Assembly (NCBI GenBank): GCA_963830865.1
Contig: CAWHNU010000011.1
Span: 605,210-669,209, forward strand
DNA length: 64,000 nt
From: an uncultured Acidimicrobiales bacterium
Lineage (GTDB): Bacteria; Actinomycetota; Acidimicrobiia; Acidimicrobiales; VFJN01
Direction of reading: 5' to 3'
Part shown: piece by piece, positions 57,242 through 64,000 of the stretch
How the letters are laid out: each line of letters opens with the position of its first letter
How positions within the stretch are numbered: the stretch's first letter is position 1
Notes under the pieces: generated by a model
What the model saw: the letters and a program-made list of their open reading frames with translations, nothing else
What the model was told of the DNA's origin: nothing
Databases searched by the model: none
Translations under genes and position numbers: made by a program

Positions 57242-58549
57242 TCAGCCGTTGAGGATCTCGACGATGGCATCGTCGGCCCTCGTCGCCTCGGTCTGCACGT
57301 CGGCCCCGGCGGCGATGGCGGCGCCCATGTCGTGCAGGATCGTGCCCGACTCGACCTCCGCCCAGAATTCGCTCGACGGGACGAACCGGGTGACCTCGGC
57401 CGCCTGGGCCTGGGCCTGGGCGGCCTCGTCGCCCTGGACCTCGCTCAGCAGCGACTTGCGCACGGGGATCAGGCCGTTCTCGGCGAACATCGTCTGGTAC
57501 GGGTCGTCGGTGAGCACCTTCAGGAACGCCAGCGCCAGGCCGGGGTTGTCGCTCTCGGCCGAGATCCCGAGGTTCGACCCGCCGAGGAACGACGGGGCCA
57601 CGTCGCCGTCGCTGCCGGGCAGCGGGAAGGCACCGAGCACGGCGTCGTACTTGCCGGGGCAGCCGTCCTCGCCGGTGATCTGGCCGGTCTTCCAGCCCGG
57701 GCCCATCAGCATGCCGACCTCGCCGTTGCAGAAGTCGAGGTAGTCCTCGGCGTCGTCGGTGTCGGCGGGGGCCGCGTTGGCGTTCAGCATGATGTCCTGG
57801 ACGGTCTCGAGCCCGGCGACCGACTCGGGCGAGTCCAGCTCACCGACCCACTCGCCGTCCTCGTTGACCGCGATGTCGCCACCGGCGTCCCAGATGAACG
57901 ACAGCGTGGCCTGCCAGTTGCGGCCGGGGAAGTAGATGCCCGAGAAGTTGGGGACGTCCGCGTTGTCGGCCTTCAGCTTCTTGCCGGCGGCCACGAACTC
58001 CTCCATCGTCGTCGGGATGGACAGGCCCGACTTCTCGAACAGGTCCTTCCTGTAGACCACGATGCGGGCGCCGCCGTAGTACGGCACGCCGTAGAAGCTG
58101 CCCTCGTACGTGCCGGCCTCGACCAGGCTCTCGACCAGGTCGTCGCCGCCGAGGTCGCCCTGGGCGTCGCTGAGGTCCACCAGGGCGCCGGCGGCCTCGA
58201 ACGCCTGCGCCTGGGTGTTGCCCATCTCGACGATGTCGGGGCTGTCGTCGGTGGGGAGCACGTTGGTGAGCCGGTCGACGATGCCGTCCCACTCCTGGCG
58301 CTCGACCTCGACCGTGACGTTCGGGTACTGCTCGGCGAACGTCTCCTTGGCGGCGTCGATCATCTCGTCGGGCGTGTCGGGCCCGTTCAGCCACACCCGG
58401 AGCGTGGCCTCGGTGTCGGCGGACGGCGCTTCGAGCGAGGCGCCGCCGGCCTCCGAGTCCGAGCTGGCCCCGTCGTCGTCATCGGAGCCGCAGGCGGCCA
58501 GTGCAAGCACAGCCGCAAGCGATATCGCTGCGACCTTCTTCGTCTTCAC
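57242..58549 (-). CDS. sugar ABC transporter solute-binding lipoprotein (GlcNAc/chitobiose type by context)
   Basis: GGGAGG lies before GTG 58549. Lipobox LALAAC. 435 aa family-1 SBP pattern. Confidence 0.9.
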   Translation of the reverse strand: MKTKKVAAISLAAVLALAACGSDDDDGASSDSEAGGASLEAPSADTEATLRVWLNGPDTPDEMIDAAKETFAEQYPNVTVEVERQEWDGIVDRLTNVLPTDDSPDIVEMGNTQAQAFEAAGALVDLSDAQGDLGGDDLVESLVEAGTYEGSFYGVPYYGGARIVVYRKDLFEKSGLSIPTTMEEFVAAGKKLKADNADVPNFSGIYFPGRNWQATLSFIWDAGGDIAVNEDGEWVGELDSPESVAGLETVQDIMLNANAAPADTDDAEDYLDFCNGEVGMLMGPGWKTGQITGEDGCPGKYDAVLGAFPLPGSDGDVAPSFLGGSNLGISAESDNPGLALAFLKVLTDDPYQTMFAENGLIPVRKSLLSEVQGDEAAQAQAQAAEVTRFVPSSEFWAEVESGTILHDMGAAIAAGADVQTEATRADDAIVEILNG

Positions 58550-58601
58550 GTCGTCCTCCCAAATGTCGGGCGGCGAGCCCCCCTCGGGATCGTCGCGTGT
58601 C

Positions 58602-59753
58602 TCATGCGACGCCCAGCTCTCGGTCGAGAACGAGCATCGCGGCGCCGAGGAGGACGTGGTCCTCCCCGAGCGAGCTGAACCGGATGTCGGCGTGGTCGCC
58701 GACGGCCGGCATCGTGCGGGCCCGGACCGCGGCGAGCGCCGCGGCCCGGAAGGTCTCGTCGAGCACGTCGAGCGGTCCCGACAGGACGACCTCGCGCAGG
58801 TTGAGCGTGCTGATCACCGGCGCCAGCGCCTCGCCCAGGCGGGTGCCGGCCTCGATGCGGGCGGCGTGGGACGCATCCGGGTCCAGCCCGGCGAGGCGGC
58901 GCCGGAGGCGGGGCGCGGCGATGGTGGCCTCCAGGCACCCCCGGCGCCCGCAGGCGCACGGCGGCCCGTCGGGATCGACGACGACGTGGCCGATCTCGCC
59001 GGCCGCGAACCGGTCGCCCACGACCAGCCGGCCGTCGAGCACGAGCCCGGCGCCGACGCCGTGGGCGACCTTGACGCACAGCAGGCTGCGGTCCGCCGTC
59101 CCGGCCAGCCCCAGCTCGCCGAGGGCGAGGGCGTTGGCGTCGTTGGCCACGTGCACGGGGATCGGGCCGGCCAGGTGGGCGGCGAGCGAGGCCGCCAGGT
59201 CGAGGTCGTGCCAGCCCAGGTTGGGGGCCTCCAGCACGGTCCCGGCGGGACCGACCACGCCGGGGCTGCCGACGCCCACGCCGAGCAGCGGCCGCTCGGT
59301 CGCGTCCGCCAGCTCGGCCGCGAGCGAGCACGCCAGGTCGAGGGCGGCGGCGCCGGTCCGCCCGTCCCGCTCGGCGGTCCGGCGGGCCCGGACCTTGCCG
59401 GCCAGGTCGACGAGGGCCGCCCGGAACCGCTCCTCGTCGCTGAGGTCGAGGGTGAGCGTGTACCGGGCGTCGGGGACGACGCCCAGGAGGGTCGCCGGCT
59501 TTCCCACCCGCTGCCCGACCCGGGTGCCCAGCTCCTCGACGAGCCCCTCGGCCAGCAGCTCGGCGGCCAGGTCGCTGGTGGTCACCCGGGTGAGGTGGGT
59601 CTCGCGGGCGAGGTCGGCCCGGCTCAACGGCCCGTCCCGGAAGATCGTGCGCAGGACCAACGCCCGGTTGTGCCGCCGGGCGTCGCCCGGCCCGGCCTTC
59701 CGGCGCGCCCGCCCCCGGGCGAACGGCTCGTGCGGCGACGTGTCGCTGGTCAC
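58602..59753 (-). CDS. ROK family transcriptional repressor (NagC/Mlc-like)
   Basis: N-terminal wHTH NRALVLRTIFRDGPLSRADLARETHLTRVTTSDLAAELL, plus the ROK domain with GEIGHVVVDPDGPPCACGRRGCLE. Confidence 0.85.
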   Translation of the reverse strand: MTSDTSPHEPFARGRARRKAGPGDARRHNRALVLRTIFRDGPLSRADLARETHLTRVTTSDLAAELLAEGLVEELGTRVGQRVGKPATLLGVVPDARYTLTLDLSDEERFRAALVDLAGKVRARRTAERDGRTGAAALDLACSLAAELADATERPLLGVGVGSPGVVGPAGTVLEAPNLGWHDLDLAASLAAHLAGPIPVHVANDANALALGELGLAGTADRSLLCVKVAHGVGAGLVLDGRLVVGDRFAAGEIGHVVVDPDGPPCACGRRGCLEATIAAPRLRRRLAGLDPDASHAARIEAGTRLGEALAPVISTLNLREVVLSGPLDVLDETFRAAALAAVRARTMPAVGDHADIRFSSLGEDHVLLGAAMLVLDRELGVA

Positions 59754-59754
59754 A

Positions 59755-59779
59755 TTTGTTTGTCTAACTTACAAACGAA
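59755..59779. promoter_or_regulatory. AT-rich palindrome abutting the ROK regulator start codon
   Basis: TTTGTTTGT-CTAACTT-ACAAACGAA (8/9). No SD lies between it and GTG 59753, which suggests a leaderless mRNA with an autoregulatory operator. Confidence 0.4.
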
Positions 59780-59821
59780 CTGTCGTCAAGCTGGTCGTCG
59801 CCGGCCGGTGCGGGGACGTGG

Positions 59822-60166
59822 CTAGCGCCGCGAGTCCCGCGCCGCGGCCAGCAGGCCCGCGAGCGCCAGGCAGGCTCCGAGCGTCCGGGCCGGGCTCGAC
59901 GAGCCGCCCGGGCCGCCGGCCCCGCGCACCGCGCCCGACGCGCCGACGGACAGGATCGCCCCGCTCGACCCGATGGACAGGATCGACCCGCTCGACGCGA
60001 TCGACAGGATCGACCCGCTCGACGCGATCGAGGCCAGCGAGCCGGACGACAGCGCCGAGCCGGCCGACAGCACGGAGCCCACGGAGCCCGCCGACAGCGC
60101 CGAGCCCAGCGAGCGCCACGAGAGCACCGACCACGCGGATGCGGACGACAGCAGCGACCGGGCCAC
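59822..60166 (-). CDS. Ser/Gly/Leu/Ile nonapeptide-repeat small protein with hydrophobic C-terminus (strand and start uncertain)
   Basis: ...SLASIASSGSILSIASSGSILSIGSSGAILSVGASGA...TLGACLALAGLLAAARDSRR*. The repeats lie fully inside this ORF. The opposite-strand acidic ORF shares wobble positions. Confidence 0.4.
   Translation of the reverse strand: MARSLLSSASAWSVLSWRSLGSALSAGSVGSVLSAGSALSSGSLASIASSGSILSIASSGSILSIGSSGAILSVGASGAVRGAGGPGGSSSPARTLGACLALAGLLAAARDSRR
59949..60029. repeat. 27-bp tandem repeat x3 (degenerate copies continue to about 60130)
   Basis: GACAGGATCG(A/C)CCCGCTCGAC(G/C)CGAT(C/G) repeated head to tail. Confidence 0.9.
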
Positions 60167-60225
60167 GCCGTGACCGTACCAACCCGCCGCGTCATCCGGC
60201 CCCGGCCGGCGCCGGCAGCGGCACG

Positions 60226-62524
60226 TCAGCGGCGACGCAACTCGTACGCGGGGTTGAGGATGGCGAGCCGGCCGCTGCGCTCGCCGACGGTGCCGGCGAC
60301 CCGCATCCGCACGCCGACGTCGATCCCGGCGACCTGGCGGCGGCCGAGGAAGATGATCGACAGCGCGCCCGTGCCGTCGGTCAGGACGCACTCCAGGGCG
60401 CTGACGTCGCCCAGCTGGCGCACCTCGAGGGAGCGGACGCGACCCTCGACCACGACCGTGTCGCGCCAGCGCACCGCGGCCATCGGCCAGACGCCGTCAC
60501 CGTCGCCGCTCGTCCGGCGCCCCGCGGCGGCGGGGTCGGGGTCGGGGGCGTCGCCCGGGCGGGACCCGTCCCGCGCCACCACGAGGGGAAGCTCGACCGG
60601 GATCACCTGGTCGGGCCGCTGCGGGCGCCGGCGGGCGAAGTGGAACGGGACGAGCGTCACGCTGGCATGCGCCAGCTGGGAGACGTCGCGGACGATCGCG
60701 TCGGCCGTCTGGTCGTGCAGGATCCGGTGCCACACGCCGCGGTACTTGCGCTCGGGGAGCAGCACCGACACCTCGGTGTCGCCGCCGGCCACCTCCCGGG
60801 CGACGGTCTCGACCGCGGCGCGGGTGATGCGCCGGTCCGGGCAGTCCACGATCTCCAGCGGGACCCGTTCCAGGCCCGGGGCGGTCCACGCCGCGGTGAG
60901 CTCGTGGGCCTGGTGGGGATCGGCGGCGAAGTGGACGGCCCGCAGCTCGTCGGGCGTGAGGTTGCGGGCGTACTGGATGGCGCGGGCCACGGCCACGTCG
61001 AGGCGGTCGACGAAGAGCAGCACGACGTGGCGCCGGAGGATCGGCGCGGCGACCGCCTCGGCGATGTCGGCCTCCAGCTCCTCGGCCTCGGCCGCGTACT
61101 GGCCGGCGAGGCGCACGAGGAACGCGACCATCAGCGGCACGAGCAGGATGATCAGCCAGGCCCCGTGGGCGAACTTGGTGACGGCGATGATGAGGTCGAC
61201 CACGAGCGACAGCACCGCGCCGATGCCGTTGATGACGATGCCCCGCCGCCAGCCCGGCTCGCGGTGGGTGAGGTGGTGGCGGGCCATCCCCGCCTGCGAG
61301 AGCGTGAACGACGTGAACACGCCGATCGCGTAGAGCGGGATCAGCCGGTCGACCTTGGCGCCCGTGGCGACGACCAGCACGATCGCGGTGGTGGCCAGGA
61401 ACACGATGCCGGTGGAGAACACCAGCCGGTGCCCGCGCTTGGTGAGCTGGCGGGGCATGAAGTTGTCGCCGGCGTGGAACGATGCGAGGCGGGGGAAGTC
61501 GGCGAAGCTGGTGTTCGCCGCGAGCACGAGGATGAGCATCGTGCCCGCCTGGAGGGCGAAGAACAGGATGCGGCCGGCGCCCCCGCCGTACACCAGGTCC
61601 CCGATCTGGGCGATCACCGTCGGCGTGCCCTCGGCGAACGGCGCGACGTGCATGTGGGCGGCGAGCACCGACAGACCGAGGAACATGACGCCGAGCAGGC
61701 TGCCCATGATCACGAGCGTCTGGCGGGCGTTGCGCCACGCCGGCTGGCGGAACGCCGGCACGCCGTTCGAGATCGCCTCGACGCCGGTCACCGCGGCGCC
61801 GCCCGAGGCGAACGCGTGCAGCACCACGTAGAGCGAGGCGCCCATGAGCAGGCCGCCGCTGGCGCCGCCGAACGGGAGGACCCCGGCCTGGCTGTGGTCG
61901 GCCGTGGGCAGCGTGCCGGCGAGCCATCCGGGTCAGGCCCAGGGCGAGCAGCACCACCATGTTGGCGATGAAGAAGTAGGTCGGCACCGCGAAGATCCGC
62001 CCGGACTCGCGCACGCCCCGCAGGTTGCCGAACGCGATGAGCACCACGAACCCGACCGAGATCGGCACCGCCTCGCCGGCCAGCGCCGGCACCGCCGAGA
62101 TCAGCGCCGCGGTGCCGGCGGCCACCGACACCGCCACGGTGAGCACGTAGTCGGTGAGCAGCGCCACCCCGGCGACCTGGGCGGGCAGCAGCCCGAAGTT
62201 GTCCCGGGTCACCATGTAGGCGCCCCCGGCCGTCGGGTAGGCCTTGATCGTCTCCCGGTAGGACAGGATCAGGAAGGCGAGCACGACCAGCATGGCGACG
62301 GTGATGGGCACCACCAGGGCGAACGCCGCGAGACCCACGGCCGGCACCAGGACCCGCAGGATCTCCTCGGTGGCGTACGCCGACGACGACAGGTTGTCGG
62401 AGGCGAACACGGCGAGCGCGGTCGGCTTCCCCAGCCGCTCGTCCTCGAGCTGGTCGGTGTGCAGCGGCGGACCGAGCAGCCGCCGCTTCACCCGGTAGCC
62501 GAGCCCGTCGGGCGGCAGCGGCAC
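60226..62524 (-). CDS. APC-superfamily permease fused to a C-terminal OB-fold domain, one frameshift near 61930; start uncertain
   Basis: ALAVFASDNLSSSAYATEEI...(shift)...HAFASGGAAVTGVEAISNGVPAF. The C-terminus VVVEGRVRSLEVRQLGDVSALECVLTDGTGALSIIFLGRRQVAGI...ILNPAYEL matches the small actinobacterial OB-fold proteins as I remember them. Confidence 0.8.
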
Positions 62525-62710
62525 CTCGACGCGGTGACGCGGCGGCGCCGGACGCGCCGGCCGGCTCGGCCGGCTCCTCGGTTGGCTGCGGGGTGACGAT
62601 CGTGGCCATGCCCGTCCTCGCTCGCGGGGTCAGCCTCAGCACACCCCACGGGCGGCCGCCCGCCCCGCTAAGAACCCGCGCCCCCGCGTCGAGATCGCGT
62701 CAACATCACA

Positions 62711-62765
62711 GCGTTTTCGTCCCCGGAATCGGTCGCCAGGGCGACCGATTCCGCGTACAAAACGC
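62711..62765. repeat. palindromic element E2 (perfect 13-bp inner stem plus 7-bp outer stem)
   Basis: GCGTTTT-CGTCCCC-GGAATCGGTCGCC-AG-GGCGACCGATTCC-GCGTAC-AAAACGC. Shares GCGTTTTC, CGGTCGCCA, GCGACC and CCGCGTA with E1. Confidence 0.7.
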
Positions 62766-62779
62766 GGATCGCGTGGGCG

Positions 62780-63223
62780 CTACGAGCCGCCCTCGCCGGA
62801 CATGCCGTCGTCCTCGTCGTCGTCGCCTTCGAGCAGCTCGTCGCCGACGTCGAGGCCGGTCAGCGACCCGCCGGTGCGGGCCTCGGCGTAGTCGGCGCCC
62901 AGCCGCAGCGCCATGCCGACACCGGCCACGAGCGCGGCGTAGATCAGCAGCGCCAGGCTGTTGACGACGAGGTCGATGCGGTCGGTGAAGTCGGGATCGG
63001 AGGGTGCGCCGCCGCCGATGGAGATGCTCGCGGCGTCGCCGATCTCGCCCTGCGTGCGGACGGTCAGCCAGGCCCAGCCCAACGCCGCGATGGCACCGAT
63101 CACGATCCCTACGGTGCCGGCGAGCCGGGCGAACGCCGTCGTGCGGGCGATCGCGGCGCGGTTGAGCCCGGCGACGTCCGCTTCCGTGACGAGGTCGGGT
63201 CCCGGGGTATCTGTCGTGCTCAC
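62780..63223 (-). CDS. small membrane protein with acidic C-terminus
   Basis: GTG 63223. Two TM helices (TVGIVIGAIAALGWAWLTV, LALLIYAALVAGVGMAL). Tail ELLEGDDDEDDGMSGEGGS. Confidence 0.6.
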   Translation of the reverse strand: MSTTDTPGPDLVTEADVAGLNRAAIARTTAFARLAGTVGIVIGAIAALGWAWLTVRTQGEIGDAASISIGGGAPSDPDFTDRIDLVVNSLALLIYAALVAGVGMALRLGADYAEARTGGSLTGLDVGDELLEGDDDEDDGMSGEGGS

Positions 63224-63246
63224 CGGGTGAGCTTCGCACGCACCGG

Positions 63247-64000
63247 TCAGAGAAAGCGCGCGGCGTAGGGCGCGTAGCGGGCCCGGAGGTCGGCGAGGTC
63301 GAGGCCGACGTCCTCGGCCCGGTAGTCGATCCGGCCGAGTCGGCCCCGTCGGTGGCCGGCGAGGTAGGCGGCCATGGCCGCCTCGACCTCGGGCGTGACG
63401 GGCTCGCCCGCGAGGGCGAGGACCCGGCGGGCCGTCGCCAGGTTGTCGGCCATGAAGTCGTCGAAGCGGACGTCGAGCGAGCGGTCGGCGGTCAGGGTCT
63501 CGCGGTCGCGGACACAGGCGGCCAGCATCCGCTCCACGCGGTCGGCCCACCAGCGGCCGATCCGCACCGGGTCGACCGGCGACGCGTGCATGCGGGCGGT
63601 GTACGCCACCATCGTCGCCAGCGAGACCACCACCTCGGCCGGGTCGCGGTGGGTGACCACGACCGTCGCCCCCGGGAACACCTCGGCGAGCACCGGGAGC
63701 TGTTCCAGGTGCTGGGGCGACTTCAGCAGCCAGCGGCCGCCGCCCCGCACGTGGAGCAGCGCCTGGAGCAGGGTGCGCAGGTAGCGGTAGTGGGGCGTCT
63801 GGTCGTGCGCCCGGTAGTAGTCCGCCCACGCCGGGACCGACGCCAGCGTCTCGAAGAACATCGTCGAGAAGTCGATGGCGAGGAGCTGGATCTCCTCGTG
63901 GACGTGGTCGGTGGTCATCTCGTGCATCAGGGGGAACAGCGGCATGGCCTCGTTCATGAACCACACCGCCGCGTCCGTCCGGGCCCGCCGGGGGTCGGGC
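63247..64000 (-). CDS. sulfotransferase family protein (5' end beyond window)
   Basis: RWLLKSPQHLEQLPVLAEVFPGATVVVTHRDPAEVVVSL. The frame stays open to the window edge. Confidence 0.8.
   Translation of the reverse strand, partial: PDPRRARTDAAVWFMNEAMPLFPLMHEMTTDHVHEEIQLLAIDFSTMFFETLASVPAWADYYRAHDQTPHYRYLRTLLQALLHVRGGGRWLLKSPQHLEQLPVLAEVFPGATVVVTHRDPAEVVVSLATMVAYTARMHASPVDPVRIGRWWADRVERMLAACVRDRETLTADRSLDVRFDDFMADNLATARRVLALAGEPVTPEVEAAMAAYLAGHRRGRLGRIDYRAEDVGLDLADLRARYAPYAARFL

Noticed and set aside
59973-60173. A plus-strand acidic repeat ORF (MDRIDPLDAIDRIDPLDAI...).
   Set aside because: One full repeat unit lies upstream of its ATG with no alternative start. No SD is present. It shares wobble positions with the minus-strand ORF, which contains the entire array and ends in an anchor-like tail. 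I keep it only as an alternative in the finding.

Overview
This is 64 kb of very GC-rich, actinobacterial-type chromosome (about 70 percent GC, with GC3 above 90 percent in real genes). It shows F420/LLM/DDN enzymes, a UdgX-type glycosylase and many ATGA/GTGA/TGATG-coupled operons. I can support about 60 protein-coding genes. I found no rRNA, tRNA or CRISPR.

Most of the supplied six-frame ORFs are Arg/Pro/Gly/Ala-rich shadow frames. I picked real genes by composition, motifs, SD sequences and start/stop coupling. All family names come from motif recognition by eye; no database search was run.

Gene order, left to right:
- GNAT acetyltransferase.
- A LQRxAGNRAV-leader HExxH protein with a coupled beta-sandwich partner.
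- LLM oxidoreductases, a GH13 enzyme, PhoU, a hemerythrin protein, UdgX and a USP.
- A LuxR-NB-ARC-TPR regulator.
- An ArsR-SRPBCC/PDZ operon, divergent from a His-rich CopB-type ATPase that has a CsoR-like box.
- An orphan two-gene operon that includes a poly-Glu protein.
- DDN, an FAD oxidoreductase, and a cyclase-AAA-TPR gene with 4 frameshifts.
- A hypothetical protein coupled to a polyprenyl synthase, an S1 protease and a BVMO.
- azlCD, a PIG-L deacetylase, an OmpR-AAA-TPR regulator, and VOC/MaoC/SCP2 genes.
- A strongly decayed zone at 43.0-47.4 kb.
- An IS1111-type (IS110 family) element inserted in a REP-like hairpin.
- A complete GlcNAc/chitobiose operon.
- A Ser-rich nonapeptide-repeat ORF, an APC permease-OB fusion and a sulfotransferase.

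Most notable observations:
1. A 95-nt structured cassette is present in two 94/95-identical inverted copies. Each is inserted exactly into the ATGA stop/start overlap of an operon (azlC|azlD and sugar kinase|nagA), with an apparent TGACC duplication.
2. The IS lies next to an intact, empty copy of its target hairpin. It has a long 3' non-coding end that is a candidate bridge/seeker RNA.
3. Single-base frameshifts are numerous and concentrated in the large signal-transduction ATPase genes and at 44.2-47.4 kb. From the sequence alone I cannot tell whether this is real gene decay or assembly error.
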